Assembly (NCBI RefSeq): GCF_964204645.1
Contig: NC_134034.1
Location: forward strand, 6,794,914 to 6,858,913
From: Tubulanus polymorphus
Taxonomy: Eukaryota; Animalia; Nemertea
DNA: 64,000 bases
Direction: 5' to 3'
Numbering within the stretch: the first letter of the stretch is position 1; each line of letters opens with the position of its first letter. The notes below the pieces were generated by a model that had not been told where the DNA came from, ran no database searches, and saw only the letters and a program-made list of their open reading frames with translations. Made by a program: the position numbers and the translations under genes. This document shows positions 11,800-26,102 of the stretch, piece after piece.

Positions 11800-12627
11800 G
11801 TTCCTCAGGTGCTCTTCAAATTTGATGGTTCTGTAATTGGTGAAGAAAACTGCGCCACTGAAAATGAAAGAGAAATTTTTAGTCATAAGTTTTTCAATGG
11901 ATTTGACACCTGAGGAAATGCCAGTAGCCTGTCTCATTCCAATAAAGGTAAAAGCTTAGAGAAAAGTTTCTAAAAAAAATTGCACATCATTTGAAATATG
12001 AAGGGCACTAAGCGTAAGAATTCCACATTGTGAGAGCCATTATGAGAGCTAGAAACTTTATTAGTGGATCTTCCCCTTAATGAAGTTTCAAGAAAATTGA
12101 ATTTGCACATGGCAGTTGACCTTGCTTTATTTGTCACATAGGAACCGGCAAAAAATAACGATCTATCCGATTGACAAATTAAGTACATATCACACGTCTT
12201 TGTCTTTTTATGGAACCCGTATAATCATGGGCTGAATCTGATGAGCTAGGTAATTTCAATGCGTTACTCATAGTGGGGTGAAAACGATTGGCACATACGT
12301 ATGTAATAATAACTGTTTTAATTTGTGACAAAGGCTTTTCTGTAGGACTAGTACCGATTTGAAGAAATAGAAACTCCACCCCCAGGGGCACTCCCTGGGG
12401 GACGAATTCAAACAAGAGGCCCACGGGCCTTATACCTTCATGACGCAGTAGAAGAAGAATGATTCAGTATTCAAAGTTTACAGAAAGATTGACATTGTAA
12501 TGATGTAACAAGTTTTAAAACAGTTAAGATAGTATAAGCTATGTGGCGATATTGTTCATTTTCTGTTAATAAATCCTTACATGAAAAGACAAGCCCATTT
12601 TAGCTGGCCCAAAGATCACACTACATG

Positions 12628-14031
12628 AAACTAGGGGTCCAGGGACACCATGCCCATTTGGGAAGTGGTTCCAAATGCTCAACAACTACAATTTCGATAT
12701 TCAATGCCCCCTGGTGACCATATACAAAAACCAATGACCTTGAAACTCACCACAATCATAGAACATGTCAGCAGCTACGATTTTGTAATGGATTGTGATA
12801 ACGAAATAGGCCTATGCCTCGTTACCAATTCAATATGGAAATACTAAGTTATTCTACTATTCAACGCCCCCTGGAGACCAAATTCAAAACCGAATGACCT
12901 TGAAACTCACCACAATCATAGAACATGTCACGAACTATAACTTTGTAATTGATCATGGTAACAAAATATGCCTAGGTACCAATATAATAAGGAAATACGC
13001 CCCCTGGTGACAATATACAAAAACCAATGACCTTGAAACTCACCACAATCATAGAACATGTCAGCAGCTACGATTTTGTAATTGATCGCGATAACAAAAT
13101 AAGCCTCATAACCAATTTAATATGGAAATACTAAGTTATTCTACTATTCAACGCCCCCTGGTGACCATATAGAATAACTAATGGCCTTAAAATTTGCCAC
13201 AATCATAGATGATGTCATGAGCTACAACTTTGCAATTGATTGTGGTTACAAAATATGCATTGATACGAATATAATATAGAAATACTAAGATATTGTATTA
13301 TTTAACGCTCCCTGGTGGCCATATACAAAAACCAATGACCTTGAAACTCACCACAATCATAGAACATGTTATGAGCCACAAGTTTCTAATTGATTGTGGT
13401 AACAAAATACGCTTAGGTATCAATATAATGTGGAAAAACTTTTTCCCACCTACGAATGAGTACTGATGACACCAAGATGGCCGCCAATTGCGTCATAATT
13501 GGCTGATCAAAAATACCTGTCTTAGGTATAAAACATCCCTTTTCAAAGAATACCCATCACAAATTGCAATGAGAAATGGCACACCAGTAGGGAGCTACAG
13601 GACTCAGAATTCGGGCCAAAATTGACATTTTTGGGCACTAAAAAAGGTCATAGGACGGCCATCTTGAGTCCGATCGACCCAATTTTTGTTATGCTGATGG
13701 GCCCTGGGAGGATTCACATAGGCCTATATCCGAAAGATCAAGGTAATTATCAAAGCATCTTCAAAATTTCCCTCAAAAAGCTCAAAAATGTGTAAAAAGT
13801 GTTGATTTTGGCAAAACAATGGCTGCCAGTCGGCCATCTTGATTCTGACAGGGCCAGTTTTTGGGCTGAAGATGTGTCTAGGGTAGATACATGTGTAAGC
13901 CAAATATCAAGACCTTACATTAAAGCGTCTTCAAAACTTCCCAAAATAACTGGATTCCGTCTACGGACGGACGACGGACGAAAAGTGAACGTAATTGCCT
14001 GCTGGGACTTAAGTCCCAAGTAGGCTAAAAA
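12628..14031 (-). mobile_element. HINE-A, complete copy with ~5 internal ~154-bp repeats
   Basis: Both termini present, A-runs on both flanks, no TSD. Confidence 0.8.
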
Positions 14032-14600
14032 CTGTTCACTCGGACTGTCCGTGCAACTTCAAGCACTGCCAGAACACTAGAACGCACATCATTCAGTTTA
14101 CTCAGTCAACTACCACTTTTCACAATGTAAGAACCATCCCGTCCGCGTGTCCCCCTGTGGACGCCCGGACCGCGTATACTTGCATTGCGTTAGATCATGT
14201 AAATAAGTTAATTGGACGTTAATGCGAGGCTTAAATGCATCAGATTGTAGCTGCAAAGTAAATAGGCCTGCAAAACTGTTACTATTTTCAAATTAAGAAT
14301 GCCGTTTGAGTTATCGTGGACGCGTTTGGAGTGAGGAAGAGAGTCAGAGTCATAACTTTTTAGGACACACGGAATCCAGTCAGCTGAGGAGAGGCCAGAG
14401 TCACGGTACCGGCATTTTATCCAGCAGAGGGTTCCAGCTGAATTACTCGCCTCCAAGAGGAAGACGAGCGGACCCGGACATACCCATCAACGGTGAAGAG
14501 GCACGAGGAGATAGGGGACGCCCCGAGAGGATCCGGGCCATATGGAGGCCCAAGTTGGGTGGTGGCGGGACAAGCACAGCTGTGCAGGAGTTGCTTGTCC

Positions 14601-15862
14601 CACAGGGGTTTGGCGATGGGCTTGGATTTTATTTCCAGGTTGTTGATAATCTCGCGAGAATGGCGCTAAATATGAACTGCAAGTTAATTCAAAATATCAT
14701 GGAAATACCTTGTGTTTAAATGTTTATTTATCTGCTATAAAGTTCCGGTAAACAATTGGTCATTAAGGATCATTATCAGATGGTCGTGACGCTATCCTAT
14801 ATAAAACTACAAGGGACGAAACGCCTTCAAGTTGTGCCAGCCAGAAAGTTGGGACAGTCATGTGACTTAACGCTTCATATTGGACTGAACATGAACCTGA
14901 AGCATCTAAGATGAAAACTATACTAAGAAGAATATTTGAGAATAACTTACATTCAAATGCATTTTTTTGTCTATGAATTATGTTTGATAATAATCTATCC
15001 TTTATAAGTTATAAATTTCATATGAATTATAATCTGACAATGAATATCGGTCTGTGAATGTGTTAACTTTTCATGTTGAAGTTTAAACATGATGATGTCA
15101 TCACAGGGTTCATAGCCTGAAGACCAACCAAAATTCAAGGCCGTTTGAGAAGCACATTCAAGGCTTTTACCCCAATGAAAAACATTTTTACGGTAATAAA
15201 ATGCCTCATCCATTCACAAACAATCAAAACAGCTATAACAGGGTTCATTGTGCCACTGCTGGCCGAATTCACTATTATTCACTGACACAGCCAACTACGG
15301 CAACTTTAAGAAATTTGATGATTTTGAGCCAGTGACCTAGTGCCTACACTAATGACTTTTTAATTAGTTGAAGTACAGATTTTCTGCGTTAAATCTTGAA
15401 AATAAAATGGAAAAAAAGTGTGAAAACTGTAATTGGGCTGAACTAAAATGATGGGAGAAAACTTACTTTTTGCAAATAAGATGGAAATATCAAGAAAAAA
15501 AATCTTTTTTTCAAGGCTTTTCAAGGCCTTGAATTTCCTTTTGACAATTCAAGGATTTTAAGGCCCGCTACGAACCCTGGATGTCATGTGACTGTCCCAA
15601 CTTTCTGGCTGAAAATTTAAGTACAACGGAGGGCTGGCATTTCATCCCTCGTAGTTCTTATATAGTAAAGCGTCACAACTGTCTGATAATGATCCTTAAC
15701 GGCCAATTGTTTATCGGAACTTTATAGCGGATAAATAAGCAATATAAACACAAGGTATTTCCATGATATTTTGAATTTATTTGCAGTTCATATTTAGCGC
15801 CATTCTCGCAAGATTATCAACAACCCGGAAATACAATCCAAGCCCATCAACGAACCCCTGTG
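14601..15862. mobile_element. Long-TIR MITE, 8-bp TSD GCTTGTCC (P- or hAT-like)
   Basis: ~265-bp imperfect TIRs starting cacagggg; TSD at 14593-14600 and 15863-15870. Confidence 0.85.
15104..15579. mobile_element. hAT-like MITE nested in previous element
   Basis: cagggttcata...tacgaaccctg termini, repeated ttcaaggc motifs; gatgtcat on both flanks but offset by 2 nt on the left. Confidence 0.6.
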
Positions 15863-16649
15863 GCTTGTCCCCCGTGAAATCCAAATATAACGGAGAAGCT
15901 ATTTTGGTTAACCAATAGTCTGAATACCAGTCGTTGTTACGCTTCCCGACAACGTCTGACGCTAAAGTATCATATAGAGGTTAACTCCTGTTAATTGCAA
16001 TGCAACAACTGATTTTAGTGTCAAATCAAACCTTTGTACTAAAATAAATTAATTAGTTACCTTGTTGACTTTTAAAACGTGTTTTATAACAAAATTTTTG
16101 ATATCGCGAACTGGAGAATTTATTGATTTGATTTGAATTGATTGCCACAATCGGGATTTCCAATACGGACTAGATTAATAAAATGTGAAAATTCAATAGG
16201 CCTACGTCTCTCTAAAATTACTCAAAATGTTATTTTTTGTTGATAAAACGCATAAATTTTGGTCAATTTTAACCTTAAGAATTTGAAACAAGATTAGAAT
16301 AGGCCTAATATCTGCATTGGCATCAATGTCAGTCCACGTTGAAGTCTGAATCCGTAATTTACACTGCACCATGCACCAAGAAAAGCCGCCATATTTGTTA
16401 TGGTGCTTCACTTCAACTATTTTTTGAGGCGACTAGTCAAAAGTTTTGAGCTACTACGATCGTCAAAAGCTACTTAGGATAACAAATTTAGGCCTATGCA
16501 CAAACAATAGTTAACCTCCATCTGATTACAGAACAGACATAAGGGGTGAAATAGACGCTCAAAGCCTCGTCCCTCAAAATGAGGGACGAAAATTAACCTT
16601 ATATGAGCACTTTCGCCCTACACGTTGTTTGTAGAACGACGGCTAGGTA

Positions 16650-17150
16650 CTAATGTCTATTTCAACCTGACTTGAGAGCATTCTGGGTGGCCTAGCTCGC
16701 TCATTTTTGGTAGTACATACCTGATAAAGGTCTTAGTAGGACCAGAAAGGACTGGCAGTTGACCTAAATCATCATTTTTTAATCCATTTGAAACTGTATT
16801 GAAAGTTATCCAAAGAGTCTTCACTGAAAGGGGTTAATTGAAGAGAAGTGACTCCATGATTTGAAAATTTAACAATGTGTTTCCATGCCTACATACCAAA
16901 CTTCAGTTGGTAGGCATGGGGACATATTGTTAAACTTTCAAATCATGGAGGCTCTTTTCTCTCATGAACCCCTTTCAATGAAGACATATTGGATATCCTT
17001 CAATACAGTTTCAAATGGGTTAAAAACGATGTTTAAGGTCGACTGCCTGTCCTTTCTGGTCCTACTAAGACCTTTATCAGGTATGTACTACTAAAAATGA
17101 GCCAGCTAGGCCACCCGGATGCTCTCAAGTCAGGTTGAAATAGACATTAG
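16650..17150. mobile_element. Foldback/palindromic MITE (~245-bp arms)
   Basis: ctaatgtctatttcaacctgacttgagagc...gctctcaagtcaggttgaaatagacattag; centre ~16900; possible TA TSD. Confidence 0.85.
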
Positions 17151-17345
17151 ACTAGTGAATCCCTAGACAGACCTCCCTGATTGATAATAAATATGCTGAA
17201 ATAAACATTTTTGGGAGGGGGTACGAAAGTGCAATAGCGCCAACTTTATTGAACTGTCAATCAATAATGTATTTGTATTACAATAAGGATCAATAAAGTT
17301 ATTTTGAATTTGAATGTAAAGCCTTCAATAAATGGATCCGTCAAT

Positions 17346-17388
17346 TGATGATGATGATGATGATGATGCAGATGATGATGATTGATGA
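17346..17388 (+). repeat. (GAT)n microsatellite
   Basis: Visible tandem tgatgatga. Confidence 0.9.
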
Positions 17389-20300
17389 CAACTGTAAAAG
17401 AGGCGTCCGTCACTTAGATTTAATCTATTACATACTAATACTAGGAAGTCGAATTACGTCACGCTAAAATCCGGCAGCGAAGTGACTAAAATCCGGCAAC
17501 TTTTGGATCGGGAGATTTCAGAATGTATCTATTTCGTGAAATTTCGACCAAGATTGGGTCGTTGAATAGTTTAACAATGAACCGCGTCGATCGAACGAGT
17601 TCAAAATAGCTGAAATTCCCTTAGCAACGGGAGCGAATTCATGATAAACAAACCACGCGCCGGGGCCCGATTCAGCCATCATCGCAGGCTCGAATCCCGG
17701 AGAATTACGCTCTCGCGCGCGCATGCGACAGTCAACCCCAACTGCAGCGCTGAAATATGTAATCATTTATCAAATTTAATGACCCTAACACTGCGATGAG
17801 TCGCGTTGCCGTACGATTTGTTAAAATCAATTTTTGTACTCGACATTTCAATTTTACTGCTGATAATTTATTCGATTTTTTTTCTGGCAGAAAAAAATTA
17901 TGCGATTGATGCGTTTCAACGTGTCATTCATTTTTTCTCGTCTTCCTTTACTTTTCAAATGGAGCTCATTTCTAAATTAACACCAGGTCAAATTCTTCAA
18001 TATTGCAAACCGTCTCAGTTTCACCATAATGTCGCTTTTTACATTTCGGGTTTTACAAAGTGGTTTAAACCATTAAAAAATTCCAGATACAATCTAAATC
18101 GAAATAGTAATCTTTTTAGCAGTGGTAAACCGACCTGCCCCGGGTAGCCAAAGACCAGTTTATATTTAGTTAAGAAATGGGTCAAGTTTTTTTCATAGAA
18201 AATTGAATTTCATTTGATCTACAGATCAAATGAACAGGTTCGTCATAATTTTCCTAATCAAAATATAAGCCAAAATTTTCAATAACCAGAAATTAATCAA
18301 ACCTTAAAGTTGAAGTTTCATCTTCTTTCTCCCACCACTTATGGTAGGTATGTTCATGTCCGCGCGGGGCGCCACTATCGATTGTGACGACCATTATTGA
18401 TTAGGAAAAGTGTGATGCGCGTTTTTACTACGCGTTTTGACATCGCGTAGTAAAATCATTCATAAAACCTGTCTATCAATGCAAATGAGCTAAAATCTTT
18501 TGGAATCAACCAATAAGATCGATCTTTATCACTTGGGGGTTGGTTTAGTGTATAAATCCGCATTTTAGTCGAAGAAAATAGAAATCGAAAAATACCCTTT
18601 TTCAAGAGCAAAATTCGTCAGCTTAGGACCCGGAATAAGCGATGAATCATCAGGAATCAAAAGGTTTAGGATCTTAAAATTCAAATACTGAAGACCGCAT
18701 GATTTTATTTCGTGTCGGGGCTGAGTGATCGCTGCCGGAAAAGTCGATGTCTAAGTTTTGCGTTGAATCGAGCGATACAAAATGGCGGCCGGCACTTGTT
18801 ATTGAATGACGACGCGCCGCGCTGCTCGTGATGAGATCAATATTCAACAATTATTCATCGGTCTAGCGGTGAATTATTGTATTTATTTTCCTATTCATAA
18901 TTTTTCATCACTATATTTCTGAATATTAGGACAGATTTAGCGAAATGATCGGCAAAAAATTTTTTTTTTTGCGCGCGGATCGCCACTACGCTCCCGTCGG
19001 TAAAGCGGCTGTTGAAAGAGGGAGGCGTCTAATGGGATGAATTGAGGCTTGTGACGGGCAAAAATAGAGGAGCGTAATGGGACAATGAGGCTCCCGAGGG
19101 GATTTTCCAAAAGCAGCAAAATTGAAATATATATAAAATATTGTTGAAATTTAGCTCAAAACAAAACAAATGGATTATTATTTAGTTATTATTAGTAGTA
19201 TTATTACTATTGCTTGGTTTATGTTTCTAAACTGATTGATTTTATTATGATATCATGAATATATTTCAAATTTCAGCGTTTTGAGCTAGGCCAAGCCTAA
19301 TTTTCTGCTTTTCTTAACTAAAATTCATTTAGCAAATAATGTATAAAATTGGTATATTTAAATCAATTTGCAATAGGAGCCTATGGCTATAGACCTAACT
19401 GACAGGCCTTGATAATCATGTTTATTCATTTCAAAAATCATGTAGTGAAAAAAATAATTTCATTTGAAATCATATCAATATTTCACATTTTTTCTTGCTG
19501 TTACCATGGAAACCTAATAATAATAATCTATATAATAATAGATATTCCTAGATAAACTTAGGGCAAACATAAACTATTGATAACTAGTTATTCTATCCCC
19601 TTTCTACATCATAACTTTTGATCTAACATCGATATTTTCATTATTTTACCATTTTTCGGCTGGTTTCCATGGAAACCAAAGGCATTTGGAATCAGATAAA
19701 AATTTTGGGTCTGTCAACTGTCACCTGAAAGTGCTATGAGTGTATTGCTCTTGAAATTTCTAGTCTATCTCTTTTAGTTTAAGAGATATTGAAGTTTGTT
19801 TACAAGAAAAAATTGCCTTCTTAGATCACAGTTTTTGTGTATTGAAACATGAAGACACTTTTCGCTCAAATTTTCAAACTTCAATTTGCGATATCTCGAA
19901 AACTACTGAAGATAATTCAAAAATTTAAAAAGCATATTGTTATTTGAGCCCTCCCCATTCCAACAAGCTTTCTTTCAGTAAGATTGGAGCTATTTGAATT
20001 TTTTATGGATATAGCTACTTATGGCATTAGTTTTCATTTTTCCAAGCTTAACAATAAGAATTGATTTAATTTCTTCAATAATTTAATGCTCGGGCCCAAA
20101 TCTACAGAACAATTTCAATATCGAAATAAAATTGATTATCTTCAAGAGTTTCATTGACAAAAATTAATTATCTCGGTGTTCCTTTAGTCAGTGACACTAT
20201 TTTGAGTGTTTTTGTTACACTCCCCTCCTAGTCAGTAACCTGTCTGTGGTTTAGTTTCACGATCGGATATTTTCACAAACCACAGTCAGGAATGGGAAGG

Positions 20301-21929
20301 TCATTTTTGTATGAAATCTTCGTCAGCCAATTTGACTGACGAGTAATTTGCCTGGCATTTCATTGTCTCTTAAGATATCCGTCTAATTTTTGTTGTAATC
20401 GACGCACAACAGACTCTTAGTTTGTCTGATACCTATAACACCTCACCTGACGATCTAAATCCATGTGCAAATCGGCCGTAAAGTGAGAGTAAATTTCCGT
20501 AGAGTCAACAGCTGCCATTTTGAAAATTACTGGAGGTGCTGGCACCTGTGGAATGAGGCCAGGACAACAGCACAAACTAACGAAGCGAAACGACGAAATT
20601 GAAAAATATTAAGAAATCAACACTTATTCCCATTTTTCTTTTACCAGAATTTATTATTTAAATGTTTATTAAGGAAAACACGAAGATTTGAAATATAGGT
20701 TGGAAAACCATCAAAAATAAAAATTGTCGTTTCGTCTTGGAAGTTTTATATAAATCCTTGTAGGTCCCCATGTCTTATCATGCCACATGTGCAATACAGA
20801 GAAATGGCGGCCAATGGCGAAATTTGTGGAGAAATTAATTAATTTCTCAAAATAATGTTGATTAATCACTCGAAACATGCATAAAATTGGATTATTTCGA
20901 AAGGTACCTGTGTTAGTTTGTGAATTAAGCCATTAATTGTGGACTGAAGTGGATAGAAAGTATATTTTTGAAGTGTTACTTTTTTCAACCTTTTTTTGGC
21001 CCTTGTCATCCCTTACGTTGGTATAAGCCCATCCGATTATAAAAAGCTTACCACCAACGATTAGGTAACTAACTAACTCCACTCCATACGTGAACGAGGT
21101 TGTTTTCGAATCGTTATGATTTCTTATTAATCTTAGTATGAAAAATTAAATCAAGCTGCACTGACGAAGCGTCCGTCACTTAGATTTCATTTATTACATA
21201 TTATCCCTACTTCCATACCAACACTGGCAACAGGAACGGATGTCATGGATCGTCAGCTGTCTACGTAAAAACTGCTGGTTTTTGATGGTGGTGGTACGAG
21301 AAATGGATGGCTCCGAAAATATTCGATCATGGCATCAATATCGGTAGGCTCCACACAATAAGTAGACTGGTCGCCTGTCCAATTCTGCGCCACCTGCATT
21401 CGCAGTCAGAATAGGACAGGTCTAACCAGTCCGCCATCTTCCGCGGAATATACGGATCCAATCAGATTTCAGTATTTCATCACGTGAACAATGTAACATG
21501 GCCGCCTCCAGAGTTTCTCGATTTACGTTCCATGAACCGCTTTAAAGTCGAGTTTTACACCAATGTAGAAAGAAACTCGACCATTATGAGAATGCCGGTT
21601 TGCTAGCGTATCTATTTAACACCCGTATTGCTCGGGTGACTTTTACTACCAACGGGTGGCGCTGTGTGTAAATTTCACATAAATCAACGACTTTCGGCTA
21701 TTAGCGGTACTTAAGACCACTTGAAAACATCATAGTCAATTACGGTAGTAGTGAAAATAAAAAGTTACAGTTCGGTGTACAGCACCATAGCACCCATATA
21801 ATACCACATACATTTTATTCAGACTAAGGACTTAGTTAACACTGATCTTCGTTTCCATTAATTAATGATCTGTTGAATTAATTAGTAATTCAGTCTTTCG
21901 GTGGTTCGAGATAAAATGCCCGCAAAATA

Positions 21930-22600
21930 AGAACTAACGAACCAGGGCTGACCACAAATTGCCCAACAGCTAAATTTTCCGAAACGACACAATAATGTTT
22001 AGTATCAAATAACTCGTGGCGTGGACCTTGGTCTATCAACTGACCAATGCATGACCAGTACTGGCTATATAGTAAATTATCTGTTTTGCAAACAATTAAG
22101 TTATTTGGTGTCAAATAACTAGATATAATGTGGACATTAAACTAAAAATTGTTTAACTGACCAATGCTTGACCAGTACTGACCAGTTACCACTAACTAGA
22201 ACCCACCATATGTAATTTATATGTTTAGTAAAGCAATAAAATCGTGTTTGGGCGTCGAGCTACTAGATACGGTGCGGGCTATGATCTAACAACTATTTAA
22301 CTGACCAATATTTTACCAATACTGACCTTAAAGTAATTTGTTTATTCTAGAAGCAACACAGTCGTGTTTGGTGTCAAATAATTAGAAATGGTGTGGGTTT
22401 TCATCTAACAACTATTCAAGTGACCAAATCTTGACCAATACTGACCACATAGCTATATTTATCTGTTTCGGACACAACTTAGTCGTGTCTCGTATCAAAT
22501 AATTTCATTCGGTCTGAACGTAAATATAACAACTCTTTTACCTGTACAAGCTACACCAGTACTGTCTAATTACCGGTTAAATGTTTTTAGAAATAACACG
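21930..22600 (+). repeat. Degenerate ~120-bp tandem repeat, ~5 copies
   Basis: ctgaccaatgc(a/t)tgaccagtactg-like motif at ~22040, 22157, 22301, 22421, 22541. Confidence 0.65.
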
Positions 22601-22896
22601 GGGTATTGCCTGAATCCTTCGTCAGTACTACTCTTATTAAATGTGTCGTTTTAAAAGTCTTGTCCAATTTTTATCGTAGGAAGCGAGCTAACTTTGAAAT
22701 TTCCCACTAAATGCAAAAGATTTTCACATCGGGTTTTGAACGAACAACGTTTCGATTTGTAATTGTAACGTGCGCATTTTAGCCTGTAACGTGCACATTT
22801 CACTAGTGTGAACGTGCGTATCGGTACCATTATGCGAACCTTGTCAAACTTTTGCGTTCAAGACGTTTAAACTGAACACTAAAGGAGATATTATAG

Positions 22897-22931
22897 CATA
22901 TCATATCATATATCATATCATATCATATATA
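22897..22931 (+). repeat. (CATAT)n microsatellite
   Basis: Visible tandem. Confidence 0.85.
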
Positions 22932-25682
22932 TTGATCCGCAGCAAGATTCCGTAGTAACTAAAAAATGTTTGTAATGATGGTTTTTGTTTACGTTGGTGG
23001 TTTCTTTATGGGTATCAGACAGCAAACGATGTGTGCAAGTTGTTGTTTGATGCTTTGATCTACCAGCGCTGACAATAAATCAGCCAGGGGTAAAAATAAT
23101 TCTTCCTCGGTTCTTGTGCTGCGATATCTGGCAAACATTCAGAATTATTTTTAAAACTTAAGGATAGACGGAACTGTAATTGGTTGGGTCGGAACGATGA
23201 GGTGCTTTGATAGTGTGGTTTGTGCAGGGATCTCGCTGTTACTTCTTGATACTCCCGACTACTTTCTATAAAAGGAAGAACCGGAAGTATAGGAAGACAT
23301 GGTTGTTTTGCTTTATCCTGTATTATTATAGAGTTAGTTAAATTATAAATGAAAATTGGTATAATAAGTATAGAATGATTTTAGATTTGATAATCAATTA
23401 CATTGTATTTCTGAATCAAAAGTTTACTATTGTTAATTGGAAAAAGAAACGATGAGTTTGTTCCATAATCTGGGTGAAAACTAAGTTTTGAAAATATATC
23501 TAAATTAAGTATCCTGGATGTTAATTAAGGACAAGACCTTTATAATCGCTTAAGTTTTATGGAAGTTTAATTGTGGCAAATATCAATACTAGCTCTCTAA
23601 GGTTTCTGTTGGTGTACATGTCTGTTGGTAACTCGTAGAGAATAGCTGCTCTCTCAACGATGATGAGTAGGGAGTGAGTAAATCAAAGCGCGTTATGACA
23701 GGAGGGTTGGAAAGAAAAGTTACTTTGGCAAATCAGTTTCTCAAATAATTTTAGATTAGCAAATCATTAAGGCTAATTCTACATGTCCAAAACCGTCATG
23801 ACAGCTAGGTTGCTGCTCCTTGCCAAAAGTCGAACGGGAGAGTCGGCATTCTAGGAATGTCGATCTTTTCTATAAAAAGAGGCCCGCAGTCTTGAGAAAG
23901 CAGACTTACCAGGGACGCTCGTATAGATACTTGAGGTTTGGGTGGAAATACCAGAATTAAGACGGGTTACCAACAGTAGTGTACAATAGGAATTTGGAGT
24001 TAGGAATTGGACTGTGTACTATCTGGAGTTATTACTATCATCAAGGTAAATAAAATCTATATTATTATTATTATATTCAATCAGAATTTCGGCATTTTAG
24101 TTTGATTATTTGGGTTTGTGCACGGACACGTTCTCTCGCCAGGGACCGATCTTTACGTTTTTATATTCAACGATTAAGGAGAGGATTGTGACCGGTGTAT
24201 CAATATGAATAATGAATAGATGGAAGATAATGTAGTAGTTTTGAATGTTTCGTAACTGCTGTCCACTGACTGCAGATCATCAAAGTTAATCGCCTCATAT
24301 GAAATATATATTCGTTATAAGGGATGTAGTAGTTCAGTGAGAATTCAAACTTATGGGTAATTTTAAGTGATCACAACGCTGACCAATAGAGAAAGCTGTA
24401 TCACAACAAAAGTGCGACTTACGTATCTTATTGAAACATAGTAAAATACCGGAGAGTAAATGGGAGAACCCTGAATTCGAAACAATTCCACACTCAGATC
24501 GTTTACTTTGAAAACACAATTTGCAATTTGTGGACATCCATTATTTCTGCACCAAAAGCATGAAGTATATTATCTTTGCTCGTAAAAATTTGAAATTTTG
24601 AGGAAGATTTTTGGCCTCGTTAACCTGTGAACACGTCCTTCATATATTTTCTAAGACCGATCTTGATATAATGCTGAGAGTTTAGAGAAAATTATGGTAG
24701 GATGTAAACTTAGGCCGCTTCGTATCCGTGGAAGGTTGCTAATTATTGATCTTATACACAATAATCATAAGTACGTAACACGAGACTCCATAGAATATCG
24801 TTTTTCAATCATACGTACACAAATTATTGCGATATAAAGATAAATAGTACTTTAATATACTTTTTACTTCTTATACTGAATATTTCTTTAGTAGTATTAA
24901 TAAAGAGTGGATCAGCAGGCTACCTGAGCCCATTCCACGATTTGAGGTCAGTTGCCAAAAGTTAGTAAGTTTACATACCAGTGGATAGTTAACATTTAAA
25001 ATGACAATTAAAACTTCATTGCTAAAAATAACTTTGTATTCGTAGAATAGTCACACTCAAATGCGGAGAATTGATAATACCATAATACGATACGAAAATT
25101 CATGGTGTACAAATTCAAAAAGATGATCTCTAGTGAACGATCGAACGTTGTGTCGTTATTTTCTAATGATAAAACTTGGTTTGAGATTTGAAATGTGTAC
25201 ATATTGGATCTTTTTCATATTAACAGTGTATTTGGTCATGTATGATATTGTATAATGGTTAATTTAAACTAACTGGTTTTAGAGTTGTATCCCTAAATCC
25301 TGTAATAGAGGATGCAATCTTTTTGCGGCAAACAGTACAAATAGCTAGAAAAAGCAACGATAGTGCATTGGTAAACTTAACGCAAGCGTACATTCGTTGT
25401 TTAGGTTTTTCGTTGGGAAAATTAATGTTTAATCATTATTGAAATATCCGAGGCGAGCTTTTCCAGGAATTTACAAAGTTGAGCTTTACACAAGGAATTT
25501 TTTTGTAGTCCGATATCCGTGATTACCTCTGGCTTGGAGAGATACAATCTAAAACCAACCGTCGAGTCAAATATTTTACCACAATTTTCTATGATTAGTA
25601 AAAAGATTAAGTAATAGACATAGGCATGCAAACAGCAATATCTGAAGTCCACTCCATTTCAAACTCATTCATCTTTACACAA

Positions 25683-25815
25683 ACTCCAACTTGTTGAACA
25701 GTTCAAAATCGCGTGGCTTGAATTATTACGATAACTAAAATCAGGGACCACGATACTTGCTCATCTACACTGGCTTCCAATTTAACAAAGGATTGAATTT
25801 GAGTGTTTGATGTTG
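25683..25815 (+). mobile_element. Degenerate L2/CR1-group LINE ORF2 C-terminal fragment
   Basis: VQNRVA*II ... LAHLHWLPI*QRIEF matches the LHWLP..RI.F motif. Confidence 0.7.
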
Positions 25816-26102
25816 TAACAATAGGCCTACCATACTGAATTACGGATTCACTTTCTACTTTTTGATTGAACATTTATATCACATATTGGGTCATTTCATT
25901 TTTACCGGTATAGGCCTAATTGGAAGAACCTATCCGTATATCATGTTTAATTTTATATAATCTGACTTTTGAGATGTCATTCAATCAATGCATTCATATG
26001 CGGTCGTCGCTTTCAAAAGCCACCACGGACTGACTACTTAGCGATACCTTGGCGGACGATCCCACACGTTTCTTGCTCCAGCCCTAGAATGCTCAATTAT
26101 AA

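Noticed and set aside
11800-11937. N-terminal extension of the 302-aa ORF
   Set aside because: Includes a polypyrimidine/AG acceptor at ~11858; likely intron plus 5' UTR. The C-terminal 11029-11079 is also intronic
12378-12435. Hairpins and aacaagaggcccacgggcc resembling another HINE 3' end
   Set aside because: Too short, no associated body found
14306-14719. 137-aa GC-rich ORF
   Set aside because: No recognisable motif; runs into a MITE TIR
18987-19076. Mini inverted repeat tacgctcc...ggagcgta
   Set aside because: Only 8 bp; could be chance
22971-24202. Possible solo LTR (TATA-like ttctataaaa at 23264 and 23867, aataaa at ~24049, TGATA..TATCA)
   Set aside because: No matching TSD or second LTR, no PBS/PPT identified
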